Below are positions 12,501 through 21,099 of a stretch of DNA of 64,000 nucleotides, in pieces. The notes below the pieces were generated by a model. The model was not told where the DNA came from. It saw only the letters and a program-made list of their open reading frames with translations, and did no database searches. The stretch is from a virus, in IMG/VR virus record IMGVR_UViG_3300045988_174665; one strand, 5' to 3'. How positions within the stretch are numbered: the stretch's first letter is position 1; every line of letters begins with the position of its first letter. The translations under genes were made by a program, and so were the position numbers.

Positions 12501-15168
12501 GAATTGAATTAAGACCTTGTTGTGTGGCACCTAAATTTTTAAAGATATTTGTTCTTTCTTTATATAAATTATTAAGAGAAGCTACAGATTGTTCGACTGC
12601 CTCACCTTTATTAGCTTTATCTGAACCCAAATATCCAAGTGCATTTCCTATAGCGAATTTATCATCTTCAGATATGGCATTTTTTAATTCGTCTCTAGCG
12701 GCTTGGAAAAGTTTTGCCGATTGTTGATATTCTAAAGTACTTTGTTTTACTTTGTCAGAGGCCTGTGATATTTGTCCTTCAAGTCCAGAAATCTTACCTA
12801 AATCATCCATAACTGAAACTTGAGCTTTTGAAGGCTCTGTATTTTTACCAATTAGAGAGTTAAATTTCTCTCCGAGTGTTTTAGCAGTTTTTTCGGTTTT
12901 GTCTTTATCTTTAAGGACGCCATCCATAAAGTTTCCAACCCAATCTAAACCTGCTTCAAAGCCTTTTTTGCCAAGCTTTAAGCCAACAATGATTGTACCA
13001 ACTCTAAAAAGTCCTCCACCAAAGTCGCCTAAGCTATCTGCAATATTATTAATAACTGATAGTAAGTTTGTTAACGCATCAACTACAAATTTAATAGCAT
13101 CACTGTTAGCCAGACCCATAGCGAATCTATCCCATTCATCTTTTAATCTAGCCAACTTGGCATCCATAGATTCCATAGTTTTTTCAAACTGAACGGCAGA
13201 TGCACCAGCACTGTTGTTTGCGGCATCAACCAATTCCATTGTACGGTCATAGTTATCCATCATTGCTATGAAACGTGACTGCTGTCTACTACCGGCTGCC
13301 ATAGTTGCAACATATCTTTGGGTTGCGATATCAAGACTATCCCATTTACTTGCTAACTCTAAGAAAATTTCATCCAGACCTTTAGCTCCAGTAAAGAAGT
13401 CTTTCAAAGAGATACCAACTGACTTTAATGCGGCGTCAACTTTATTGATATTAACTTCTTCTCCTTCCACATCAAAGATTTTAGAAGGACTGGATTTCAT
13501 TTCGGTAAAACGAGCGATGATTGTTTTCATAGCTGTACCTAGATTTTCAGCCGATTCACGAGTCGTTTCAATCATTTGAGCAAGAAAGGCTGTAGTTGTC
13601 TCAAATTCCATATTCGCTGAGTGAGCAATTGAAGCAGTCCTTGTCATAGCAGAAGCTAATTCATTAGTATCAGATGCAGTAACTGCGGCTAATTCAGAAT
13701 AAACATCATTAACTCTTTGAGCCGAAGTTTCATCTAATTCCATGTTAAAACCACGTAAGGCAGCTGTCATAAGGTCGGTAGCTTTTGCGTTATCCAAATT
13801 AGCAATACGAGCCATCTTCATCGTTTCAGTACCAATCTGGGTAGCCTCATTTACATCAAGACCTTGCTGGTAATAAAGAGTTAATGTTTCATATGCCCCT
13901 TTAATTGTAGTGCCTAAATCCTCTGCCATTCGAGTATATTGTGGTAATTTATCCCACATATCGCTGACATTAAAGTCGGTAACTACAGCAGTTTCTGTCA
14001 TAGCCTCATCTAGGTCTTGAACAGTTGTAAAAGCTGACCTTACTGCTCTTTGGAATAAATTAATTGTATTTTGTAGACCGAAGAAATATTTAACTTGTTG
14101 TCCTAATTGTTCGACTTCTTGTCTAGCATTTTTTAAAGTTTCAGCTGAACGACTAACTTGATTAATTGTAGTCCCCATATTTCGAATGGGCTCTTTAGTT
14201 TGTTCAGAAGCTGTACCAATTGATTTAATTGCAGAGCTAACTTTTTCTAAATCTTGCTCAGGCAAATTTAATATAGCACTTTTAATTTCTTCAATTCCTT
14301 TTCCAGAAAAATCTAAAGAGGTTATCTCAGTTAATTTTTGTCTTAAATTATTTAAATGAGTTTCAGAAGTAGAAAGGTTATCTATTTCTGTTTTTAATTC
14401 ACTAATTTTATTTTCCCAAGCAGATATTCTTGCTGTAACACTAGTAATACTACTATTATTATTATTAATTTGAGTATTAAGAGAGGTAAGATTTTGTTTT
14501 GCGATTTTAAGCTCTGCTCCTACTTTCTCTAAACTAGCACTTAAATCAGTATATTCTGATTTATTGTAGGCTTTTTGTCCACTTTCGTCACGAAGTTTTT
14601 GCTGTTGTTTTTTAATGTTGGTTTGCTCGTTTAATAGTTTATTATACTTATCGCTGGCTTGAACTTGTTGTTGAGCTAAAGCAGCACCCGACTTTTTTAA
14701 AGACTCTTCTTGAACTTTCGCATCTTCTAATTTCTTCTCATAGCTCTTTATAGAATTGATTTTATTTTCTATTGCTGTTTTTGTGTTATTAACAGCATTA
14801 TAATATTTTTTTAATTCAGTTGTAGCTTTACTTGTTTTTTCGATAGTATCTTTAGAAATTAAACTTCTTATAGGTTTTCCATTTAATTCGTCAGTGTATC
14901 CATTAATTATTTTAAGCAAGGCTTCTACTTTCTTATAAGAAGAAGTTATTTTATTAACATCAGAAGGTCCTTTTATTTCCATATTAGAAGCTTCTGTTAA
15001 TTTTTGTATTTCATTATTAATTTTTTTAAAGGTGCTATTAATTTCTGTAGTTAGACCTTTAGATAAATTAATTTTAGAAAAAGAATCTTGCATTGTTTGA
15101 ACGCTAGTTTTTAAGTTAGATAAATCTACTTTTGCGTCAAACACTATATTTACTCTTTTATCTCCCAT
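6517..15168 (-). CDS. tail tape measure protein, 2883 aa
   Basis: Giant coiled-coil-rich ORF with a TP901-type core-like segment (AMTRTASIAHSANMEFETTTAFLAQMIETTRES...), hydrophobic segments, an STKKA repeat and a C-terminal SH3b-like region. Lies between the tail tube and Dit-like genes. Confidence 0.85.
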   Translation of the reverse strand: MGDKRVNIVFDAKVDLSNLKTSVQTMQDSFSKINLSKGLTTEINSTFKKINNEIQKLTEASNMEIKGPSDVNKITSSYKKVEALLKIINGYTDELNGKPIRSLISKDTIEKTSKATTELKKYYNAVNNTKTAIENKINSIKSYEKKLEDAKVQEESLKKSGAALAQQQVQASDKYNKLLNEQTNIKKQQQKLRDESGQKAYNKSEYTDLSASLEKVGAELKIAKQNLTSLNTQINNNNSSITSVTARISAWENKISELKTEIDNLSTSETHLNNLRQKLTEITSLDFSGKGIEEIKSAILNLPEQDLEKVSSAIKSIGTASEQTKEPIRNMGTTINQVSRSAETLKNARQEVEQLGQQVKYFFGLQNTINLFQRAVRSAFTTVQDLDEAMTETAVVTDFNVSDMWDKLPQYTRMAEDLGTTIKGAYETLTLYYQQGLDVNEATQIGTETMKMARIANLDNAKATDLMTAALRGFNMELDETSAQRVNDVYSELAAVTASDTNELASAMTRTASIAHSANMEFETTTAFLAQMIETTRESAENLGTAMKTIIARFTEMKSSPSKIFDVEGEEVNINKVDAALKSVGISLKDFFTGAKGLDEIFLELASKWDSLDIATQRYVATMAAGSRQQSRFIAMMDNYDRTMELVDAANNSAGASAVQFEKTMESMDAKLARLKDEWDRFAMGLANSDAIKFVVDALTNLLSVINNIADSLGDFGGGLFRVGTIIVGLKLGKKGFEAGLDWVGNFMDGVLKDKDKTEKTAKTLGEKFNSLIGKNTEPSKAQVSVMDDLGKISGLEGQISQASDKVKQSTLEYQQSAKLFQAARDELKNAISEDDKFAIGNALGYLGSDKANKGEAVEQSVASLNNLYKERTNIFKNLGATQQGLNSIQKLGLDTNKQSLLYLNKDTAKISERISLNDELSDGSKRYFLNLIAENNQENVGIGIKARSYAALLFCNKAKRLAIMQSLGLASAEEVEAIAANGAASATSVLNAAIASMPVGWVLAGLAAIAGAIWWIADAIKKASIEYKIEQATQALKDSKEAANDAKTAYDDLQESFDNYNEIVKSLEDLTVGTSEWKDQLIKANEEVVKLLETYPQLAKYITTDKSGLLTLNEEGQNELLKEEGEKVSKLQTSTLVGSQYTELLKQQKDINEKESAAREKVYGLSDSGMTLEEGATFKEGYEKYNSLLEAIKKEAQASTDRSVEEQNLLKDSAVGLENTSTDVWNWVQANTKDLTINGVTYSANSIQAMLADLNKNIFSPLNDKIAAGGGSAATYKSVDGSADFEGSRLAKEAKDQLNTSAIKTTMLQGISDALQNSGLSEGLANGLSQISGNLQEEVEKAKRDLDSVGGDDLKKKYADAFYGGDISKIASDMEEDAMRFQLASQQVGENYQKYINNAYEAISKMALTDQKEFIGILNRDTTLDYNKLDNFDTYLKKMDKSASELASEMGTTVEELTQAFEQAKTDIHTTQLRQKKQLFGTAIKATENDNTQKRLNSYSAVIQKLNAQQASSITNFENTLLKKFGEKGTTSVISTVFDGLSNKSDKYIKEYMDKFSSTLENVNWDSAIEGATAIKKGLASSNKEIRKVAKGMAEVGQVAYGVGAQMQEFFKASSFEDIQKDIVKTLKKGDKITASKVEEYAEESTELQNVLENTDIAAQTLADTLAAVGSGDLGIEDVTNGLLELADSTQQLNNVVAESVDLLDNFDPGIDEGEVGDKVNDIVEKVANWLKEGAYGNTQLYNYLDLFFGEDFEKAANKDLEKATKVYGEKLKKLYNNLYGAWKDLATNSDYAQALKKEGLGVSLLSNGSIDLDVGKFSTNEVVKKIAKSYNVTEEYAKMMLTDFKNYSGDLAQELRENDYAAGWSDFLKKSEYQISTLENEWKTKVGSGSVEKVQKTQTQTIINTKDLTNYGKLYGKDELTVWQDLAKELDINIDKLTTVEDIKKRIKDSGEIKIFDLGSDDDTETQLKNVQSLMEEIWGKKNRGLDPFINGKASLDELVNTFSSLGVKDDLIYEAVEKQIDNLENKDGTIELKGYDLELTEVQENGVAKTLEEAQTKADATIYAQAITDSFTTVDTSEAGTNIRNNIDQAILDCIEDAKLLNQILNNESLEVQGPPQQFGKVLSNTFGINLNKPPTFSTGKGWSFAQGTKKAPVSSNALVGEEGPELSYNKKGEAKLLGAKGPEITKVNKDDVIFPADETKDILKGSHQQKFFSFARGYERKEGQTSDYDTSTKKASTKKASTKKSSTKKSSSAKEEEPWKNTYDWLYNLTADINAKLREREKLEKKYDRLLENRKSTAKDIYKNYKSQVKVLEEEIRLQQQMYVNRKQEIKDTVSWNSDLKKYAAYNWKDNTIEINWGNINRVTDNDLGDRIEEYISKLEELQDSMNDAEDAIDEYTDTLKELEEQGREDTMDFEQRVYDAILNREQKIIDNLSNLDETINNSNDALMSAIQENLDKIRQDRNNQKTEKEITDKERQLAYLQLDTSGSNELAIKQLQEELTNQEQDYTDNLIDQRLSEIEQQNEKASDQRQTQISIMQAQLDVAKNEGKYWNEVYTLINKGTTATGALLKGSELEKLLKKEDTFSGLSSMQKMDWLDTLEQSAKISISTYAKDRQLEKLGYYGGQGITFTDGNGKQQTGVIQSDGSVRVKGKGGYTTYNDVFLMPDGRTFRTLETGGNWTKTSTSKKTNSTSSKKQGSNSNNKKYRVGSKIKVDPNTRIYANSSGQGGGHQYFDYDPNYIVLSEQNGYVLVRHHKTSGYTGWFKSSAIKSVPQYKKGGLADFTGPAWLDGTKSSPELILNAKDTQNFLTLKEVLSSVMKNNNNNNSIPSQSTGDVNVEVNINVDKIEKDYDVEQLAKQVKKSIASDARYRNVNAISFMR

Positions 15169-15180
15169 TTTGTCCTCCTA

Positions 15181-15220
15181 ATAAAAAAATCGACATTAAC
15201 CAGTAAGTTAATGTCGATTT
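15181..15220 (-). terminator. strong hairpin terminator between the tail gene and the tape measure start
   Basis: 14-bp stem AAATCGACATTAAC/GTTAATGTCGATTT, followed by a U-run on the minus strand and then the AGGAGG RBS of the tape measure gene. Confidence 0.6.
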
Positions 15221-15221
15221 A

Positions 15222-16007
15222 TTATAAATCACTATCTATATCATCATTTAAAAAATATTGTTCAAGAACAATTTTATTACCTCTTGAACCAACGGGAATT
15301 CCAACTAATGAAAAATTAGCTACCATTGGTGAAGCATTCTCTCCCAGAGTCATAGATAAATCAGACATCAACTTTACTTTAGGAATTTTTATTATTCCTG
15401 TTTTTATATGTCCAGTAACATCATCCTGAGTCTTTGTCTTAGCTTCTAAGCTTAAAAACCCAGAAATTAATTGTTGTCCAATTACTACTTTTTCTCCACC
15501 ATTAGTATAGTTAAAGTTATAAATTGCCCTAATATTTGTGAAAGGGGTATTAATTTTATAGACTTTATCTTCTACTTTGCTATAATTAATTTTTTCTTGC
15601 GTTTCTTTATCATAAAGAAATAATTTATCAGCTGGAATATATTTTAAAGTAACCAATCCGTTTTCATCACTTTCAAGATTATTTTCAGTTTGTGTTACCT
15701 TTATTGGAGTTTTTGTGTATTTTAAAATTTTAGAGTTACTTAATAGAGCAAACTGTTCTTTAGAAAAAATTCCGTTTGAAAAATTAACAGTAACTTCCTT
15801 AGTTTCTTCCCAAAAAACTCTATCTTGGTTGTTATATCCGCCTGATGCACGAACTTTATTTTTAATTTCATTAAAGTTAGAAATGGTGATTTTATCAAAA
15901 AGAGCAATTGTTTCTCCTTCCTCAAATACTTTTCCAAGTATCTCTATAGGATAAGTAAGTTTTAAATGCATATCATACAACTCTTTGAAACCTAATTCTT
16001 TCTCCAT
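15222..16007 (-). CDS. tail protein in the chaperone position (function unknown)
   Basis: ORF 15222..16034. Start moved to the ATG at 16007 (MEKELGF...), preceded by AGGAGG. Located between the tube and tape measure genes. Confidence 0.4.
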   Translation of the reverse strand: MEKELGFKELYDMHLKLTYPIEILGKVFEEGETIALFDKITISNFNEIKNKVRASGGYNNQDRVFWEETKEVTVNFSNGIFSKEQFALLSNSKILKYTKTPIKVTQTENNLESDENGLVTLKYIPADKLFLYDKETQEKINYSKVEDKVYKINTPFTNIRAIYNFNYTNGGEKVVIGQQLISGFLSLEAKTKTQDDVTGHIKTGIIKIPKVKLMSDLSMTLGENASPMVANFSLVGIPVGSRGNKIVLEQYFLNDDIDSDL

Positions 16008-16016
16008 AATTCCTCC

Positions 16017-16043
16017 TAAAAAAATAAACGGCAAAAGCCGTTT
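16017..16043 (-). terminator. rho-independent terminator after the tail tube gene
   Basis: Stem AAACGGC/GCCGTTT (16026-16043) followed by U7 on the minus strand. Confidence 0.6.
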
Positions 16044-16051
16044 ATTTTATA

Positions 16052-16828
16052 TTAGATTTGTGTGTCTTCAGTAGCTCCTGTTATACTATACTTAACAAGC
16101 TTCATCATCTTACCGTCTGATGGACGCATAACACGAAGATTCATATTAAATACTGAGGGGTCTCCTTCAGCCTCAAGAGTAATTGTGTTCTCTGACTGAA
16201 CCTTAGCCTTTTGTATTATGAATTGGAAAAATTCATCCTTACCTGTTACTTCAGAACGAGCATAAGTATCTCCTGTTACATAATAAGTGCCAGGGAAAGA
16301 ATTAGCTGAAATTTCAATCTCTTGACCATCTACTGCTAATTCAGAAACTAAGAAATAAGTTTCACCGGCTGTTAAAGTTGTTGAAGCTGTTGAATCTGCG
16401 AGAGTTTTCTTAGTACCCTTTTCTACTCCCTTCGCATCATAAACCTTTGCGTCATCCGGAACTGCTACTACCTTTCCGCCCGGAAGTTCAATATTTGTAG
16501 GAACTGTTTTTCCTTTAAAAGTGATTGTTTTAGTGATTTTTGTAGCTGATGAAAGAGTAGAATCACCAAACATAATAGCTAAAGATTTAGCAGAGAATAG
16601 AGCATCTTCTAGAGTAACTGTAATTTCCTTACCATAGTCCCAAATAATAAGTGGCGGATTACCTTTACCACCTCTAGCTTCAGCTTCTTCTGCTGTTTGT
16701 TCTATTGTTGATACTTTTAAGGTATCTAAATAGAGAACTGCAGCACCACGAGTACCATCGGAATTAATATCATAAAAAGTTACATCAGCGACTTCTTTGA
16801 TACCATATCTTTCTAGTATGTTAGCCAT
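16052..16828 (-). CDS. putative major tail (tube) protein
   Basis: 258-aa ORF with a strong RBS and a flanking terminator. Sits upstream of the tape measure module. No sheath gene is visible. Confidence 0.5.
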   Translation of the reverse strand: MANILERYGIKEVADVTFYDINSDGTRGAAVLYLDTLKVSTIEQTAEEAEARGGKGNPPLIIWDYGKEITVTLEDALFSAKSLAIMFGDSTLSSATKITKTITFKGKTVPTNIELPGGKVVAVPDDAKVYDAKGVEKGTKKTLADSTASTTLTAGETYFLVSELAVDGQEIEISANSFPGTYYVTGDTYARSEVTGKDEFFQFIIQKAKVQSENTITLEAEGDPSVFNMNLRVMRPSDGKMMKLVKYSITGATEDTQI

Positions 16829-16839
16829 ATTATAGCCTC

Positions 16840-17604
16840 CTATTCATTTAAATTTTCTATCCAATATTTAGGTTTAACTTTTTTGGAGTCGGCGCCGGCT
16901 AATAAACTCTGGATATCTAAGTTATAAGCCTCTTGATGTCTTTTTCTATCCATAAGTCGGACTCCTGCGACATATGGTATCTGCCTAATATTAAGTGGAT
17001 TAATACCCAAATCCATACAGCAAATTGACTCCATTACAGTATTTAAAGAAATTCCCTTTCCAGATTTTGCTTTAATTTTATCTCTATAACGAGCTTTTGC
17101 TTTAATACGAGCAATACGTGGGTCTTCATCTGCAACATATTCTTCAACCATTTCAGCCCCAGAAGCAAGTCTGATTAAGTTTTGAAAGTCAAAAAAGTCT
17201 TCTTTGTTTATCAATCGTAACTCATCTAAAGAGGAGATTGAGATTATAGTTTTATTAAAATCGCCAACCATAATTGCGTTAGCATTAAATAAAAGAGTTA
17301 CTGGTTCTTTAATAAAAAATTCTATACCTTTTTGAACTTTTTGGGCATAATCTTCATTGCTGGCTGCAGTAGCCATTATATACTCAAACGGAGTTGGCAT
17401 TTTCTCCACTTTATCAAATAAGTTTTGTTCATTAAACATATCTAATATATCTTCTTGTTGAAGGAACAAAATTGAACGATACAAAGGAAAAAATTTATCT
17501 TTTATATCTAAAAAAGTTGGAGGATAAATAAAAATATCTTTTTTTTTAAATTCAACAGGTAAATTTAAAAAAAATAAAGATAAAGCTTCAGATTTATTAA
17601 TCAT
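16840..17604 (-). CDS. head-tail joining / tail completion region protein
   Basis: 254-aa ORF in the connector block between the capsid and tube genes. Assigned by position only. Confidence 0.35.
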   Translation of the reverse strand: MINKSEALSLFFLNLPVEFKKKDIFIYPPTFLDIKDKFFPLYRSILFLQQEDILDMFNEQNLFDKVEKMPTPFEYIMATAASNEDYAQKVQKGIEFFIKEPVTLLFNANAIMVGDFNKTIISISSLDELRLINKEDFFDFQNLIRLASGAEMVEEYVADEDPRIARIKAKARYRDKIKAKSGKGISLNTVMESICCMDLGINPLNIRQIPYVAGVRLMDRKRHQEAYNLDIQSLLAGADSKKVKPKYWIENLNE

Positions 17605-18085
17605 AGCTAGTTATTTTAAAAACCTGCTGATAACAGGATACTTCTGTAGTTAAAAAATTTAAAGAAAAATCTCCTCCACTAATTTTTCCTAACCCATTTA
17701 CACTTTTATCTTTTAAGCTTTTTTGAATTTCACCCATTATAGCAAATGGGCGTAAATTACTATCTTTTATAGTCCATTCGGTAAAAGGAACAAAATTTTC
17801 TACTACAATTGTAATATCTTTAAATTCAGAATTAATTAAATTAATATCGCCGCCCTCAACTCTAATTGCAACAATAGAGTTAGCGGTTTCTTTAGTATCT
17901 ACATAAGGAACTATTTTAATTAATTTACTTTTTATTTCTTTATTTACTATATCTAAAGGAATATCATTCTCAGCTAAAGGATTTTTATTATTATAATATA
18001 ATAATTTAATAAGATTTTGATTAGCTAAAAGCCTCTGCATAATTTTTTGTAGGTTAAGACCTATTTCCATACAATTTCTAACCAT
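17597..18085 (-). CDS. head-tail connector region protein
   Basis: 162-aa ORF. GGAGGG RBS lies 8 nt upstream. The ATG directly abuts the upstream stop codon (TAA then ATG). Confidence 0.4.
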   Translation of the reverse strand: MVRNCMEIGLNLQKIMQRLLANQNLIKLLYYNNKNPLAENDIPLDIVNKEIKSKLIKIVPYVDTKETANSIVAIRVEGGDINLINSEFKDITIVVENFVPFTEWTIKDSNLRPFAIMGEIQKSLKDKSVNGLGKISGGDFSLNFLTTEVSCYQQVFKITSYD

Positions 18086-18805
18086 TTATTCACCCTCCTC
18101 TAACCAATAAATGTCCTCTTTTTTATCTTCTTCATTGATTTCAGGTAAAGGACTCTTATCCATTATATAAATAGGGTCAACTGTAACATATTCAACACCT
18201 GGGGTTGAAATAATATCATATCCAGTTACTCGATAGCCTTGTTTAATATTTTTAATCGTAATTTCAAAATAGCTTTGTTTTTGGAGATTTTCGTTTAATG
18301 GTAGGATTAAAAAATTAGAATTACTATCTTCTAAATATATTACATTAGCACTACTTGATTTAATAGTATCTGTAATGGCTGCTGTACCTTTACCGTGAAA
18401 ATATGCCCAACTTTTTACTATTGTACCTTCTTTATTTTTCCACATAATCTTATGTGTCATTTTTAATACTACATAACGGTTATAGCCGCTGGTTCGCATA
18501 TTTTCTAACCAATATACCATCCATTTCTCTTCTTCTTTTGTTTCTTCATTGGTAATTTCTAAAATTGTTCCATTAGGAATAATCAATTTTCTTCTGGTCA
18601 ATAGATAATGTAAAGTTTCTGTGGAATCTTGTTTATAAGGTTCTAAACTACCTACCTGCTCTTCTTCTCCAAGTAAAAAAGTTACTCGATAAATTGTCTT
18701 CTTCAAATAGTATTCAAACTGATGTTCTCTCTCCCCTTGAATCCTTGTTTGATAAGTAGAACCAAATTTATTTAATCTTTTTCTATAAATATCATTATAA
18801 TACAT
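18086..18805 (-). CDS. head-tail connector region protein
   Basis: ORF 18086..18829. Start set to the ATG at 18805 (MYYNDIY...), forming a TAATG overlap with the upstream stop. Confidence 0.4.
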   Translation of the reverse strand: MYYNDIYRKRLNKFGSTYQTRIQGEREHQFEYYLKKTIYRVTFLLGEEEQVGSLEPYKQDSTETLHYLLTRRKLIIPNGTILEITNEETKEEEKWMVYWLENMRTSGYNRYVVLKMTHKIMWKNKEGTIVKSWAYFHGKGTAAITDTIKSSSANVIYLEDSNSNFLILPLNENLQKQSYFEITIKNIKQGYRVTGYDIISTPGVEYVTVDPIYIMDKSPLPEINEEDKKEDIYWLEEGE

Positions 18806-19077
18806 TATTTTTCGACCAAAGACATACAATCAAAGATTGTACTTCTAAAATATTTATATTTTAAATATCGGAGAGAAGATAATTTATAAAATAATATATA
18901 ATAATTTATTGTTTTTTGCTCATTAGAATATCCTAATAATTCGCAGAGAATAGAATCTAAAAAAGTTTCCCATTCCCCATTTTTTTCAAACTCGCATAAT
19001 AAACCATATAATTTACTTTTAAATTTATTAGTATACCCCTCTTTCATATCTGCCACATAGTCACTCATCTTTACCAC
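18805..19077 (-). CDS. small structural-module protein
   Basis: 90-aa ORF translationally coupled to its neighbours. Confidence 0.35.
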   Translation of the reverse strand: MVKMSDYVADMKEGYTNKFKSKLYGLLCEFEKNGEWETFLDSILCELLGYSNEQKTINYYILFYKLSSLRYLKYKYFRSTIFDCMSLVEK

Positions 19078-19495
19078 CTGCCAATTTCTGATATGGAAAA
19101 GGTTTATTATCTATTGCTCGATAATAAATACTTTCATAATCTTTCGCATTTTTCTTTTCTTGTAATAGTAAATTACTAAATTTATCAATTAAATTAGCCT
19201 GAGAAAAATCCCTTTCATCGTATAAAGGTTTAACATTTTTCCAATCCATTATTACTCGATTTAACCACTCAACTTTCATATAAGTAGCTAAAATCTGAAT
19301 TTCTCTATTGTTTAAGCTTGAAACAAAATTATTTTCCTCAATTTCTAAACTTTTTTTAGGGAATTTAAACCATGGTATGGCGGCGTCAAGAATAATTCTC
19401 CAATCTTCATTAACCTCGTTGCTTGTCCAAAGTTCCCATTCGTCTTCTGTCATTCTCCCTAAAAAAGCATCATACACTTTTTTTAAAGGAGTCAT
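19061..19495 (-). CDS. head-tail adaptor region protein
   Basis: 144-aa ORF in the connector block. Assigned by position only. Confidence 0.35.
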   Translation of the reverse strand: MTPLKKVYDAFLGRMTEDEWELWTSNEVNEDWRIILDAAIPWFKFPKKSLEIEENNFVSSLNNREIQILATYMKVEWLNRVIMDWKNVKPLYDERDFSQANLIDKFSNLLLQEKKNAKDYESIYYRAIDNKPFPYQKLAGGKDE

Positions 19496-19496
19496 A

Positions 19497-19970
19497 TTAG
19501 TCCTCCTTACTATCTCGGCTTAGTTTAATAGCAGAAATTATATCTATATCCGTATATTTTTTAAGTAGGTCACATCTGTTTAAGTCAGAAATTTCGTGTT
19601 CGATAGCATAATCAACTAATTGAAAAATCTGCTCTCTGGGAAGTTTCTTTAAAAGTTCTCTTAGCTCTTGAACTGGGGCAAGAGTTAAGTACCTTTTTTT
19701 CTGAGAATCAGTTAAAACAATAATATGAGGTTCTTCACCCTCTTCCTCTAAGCCTAAATCAATTTTATCTCTTAATTCATCAATTCCAAGTATGCCTTGC
19801 TTGAACATATATTCTACACCATCTTCATAAAGAAGTTGCTGTAAAGTTTCAAAAGGAATAGCTTTTACTGCTCCTTTCTTTTCCCAAGTCCTTGAAAATC
19901 TTAAATCATTGCTCTTAATACCAACTCTACCGTTGGTTAAATTTTTAACCTTTACAATTCTATTTTCCAT
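19497..19970 (-). CDS. structural-module protein following the capsid gene
   Basis: 157-aa ORF with an AGGAG RBS. Confidence 0.35.
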   Translation of the reverse strand: MENRIVKVKNLTNGRVGIKSNDLRFSRTWEKKGAVKAIPFETLQQLLYEDGVEYMFKQGILGIDELRDKIDLGLEEEGEEPHIIVLTDSQKKRYLTLAPVQELRELLKKLPREQIFQLVDYAIEHEISDLNRCDLLKKYTDIDIISAIKLSRDSKED

Positions 19971-19996
19971 TCTAATTACTCCTTTTACTCTTTATT

Positions 19997-20025
19997 TTTT
20001 AAAAGGAGGAGAGAACCTCTCCTCC
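19997..20025 (-). terminator. hairpin terminator/attenuator after the capsid gene
   Basis: Stem GGAGGAGAG/CTCTCCTCC (20005-20025) followed by UUUU on the minus strand. Confidence 0.5.
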
Positions 20026-20037
20026 CTTTCTTATATA

Positions 20038-21081
20038 TTAAAGGTCATAAACCTCTGAATATGTTTGTGCGATACCAGTATTCTGATAAATTGCCCAATC
20101 ATGATGACTATGAATAGCAGCACCAATTTTTCTATATACATGCATTTCTAAAGAATTATCTCTATTCTTAAAGTCATTGATTTGAGTACCACCCTCAAGA
20201 ACAAGTTTAACTACCTTTTCCTTACCTGTTGGTAAAATATAAGCGATTTGAGGGTCAATTTGAGTCTTTGTGTTAGTTTCATCAATGAAAGACTGAGGAA
20301 TCTGAACAATTGTTGTACCACGGAAAATATTAATGTATCCAGTCTTATGAATTGCATCAATATCATCTGGATGGTATACACCTTGATAATTTGTTCCTAC
20401 AGGAACGATTGCATCAGGACCCATTGCCGCAATGAACTCAGGCGGTGCAAAAATAATTGCATTGCTACCATAAGCTCTAACTACATTAATAAGCTTAACC
20501 ATTTCTTCTCCATTAAACGAAGAACCTGTAAACTTATTTGCTGCCGGACGACCCTTAGCATTAATTGCTGCACGAAGAGCCTTTTGTACTTCTCCGAACA
20601 TAGAATCAGTAAGTCCTTCAGTAATAATTTCCATTACATCTGACATTACTTCAGCACCATCTAACAGTCTTTCAAAATCAACTGTTACAGCACCACCTAC
20701 TGCGTAAGCAGATACTTCATAGCTACCTCTGTCAAGTCTAAAGGTTTCGTATACACCAGAAAGACCAACTTGAGTAAGGAACTGTTTTGCTCTATTTTTA
20801 CCAAGTCTTGTCTTAAAGATAGCTTTTTGATTTTGTCCAACTACCTGAATATCAGCAAAACCACCCATTGCAGAAATAACATTATTAGGAACGATTTCAT
20901 CAGCAGTATCAATTATAATCTGATAAATGTCGTATCTGTTTTTCATAAACATATTTACTGAGCCAGCTAATTCTTTTAATCCATCTTGTATAGCTTGGTT
21001 AACCGAATTAACAGAAAAGTTTGCCGGAGCAGTCTTTTTTGCAGAGTACATAGCTAACTCTTTTAATTTTTCTAAAGTCAT
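20038..21081 (-). CDS. putative major capsid protein
   Basis: 347-aa ORF downstream of the portal and scaffold genes. It has a strong RBS and its own terminator. Assigned from position and size. Confidence 0.6.
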   Translation of the reverse strand: MTLEKLKELAMYSAKKTAPANFSVNSVNQAIQDGLKELAGSVNMFMKNRYDIYQIIIDTADEIVPNNVISAMGGFADIQVVGQNQKAIFKTRLGKNRAKQFLTQVGLSGVYETFRLDRGSYEVSAYAVGGAVTVDFERLLDGAEVMSDVMEIITEGLTDSMFGEVQKALRAAINAKGRPAANKFTGSSFNGEEMVKLINVVRAYGSNAIIFAPPEFIAAMGPDAIVPVGTNYQGVYHPDDIDAIHKTGYINIFRGTTIVQIPQSFIDETNTKTQIDPQIAYILPTGKEKVVKLVLEGGTQINDFKNRDNSLEMHVYRKIGAAIHSHHDWAIYQNTGIAQTYSEVYDL

Positions 21082-21099
21082 AATCTATTTTCCTCCTTA

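Noticed and set aside
8008-13579. Multiple plus-strand ORFs (60-103 aa) inside the tape measure gene.
   Set aside because: All are antisense to a continuous 2883-aa ORF, lack RBSs, and have the low-complexity composition typical of antisense coiled-coil DNA.
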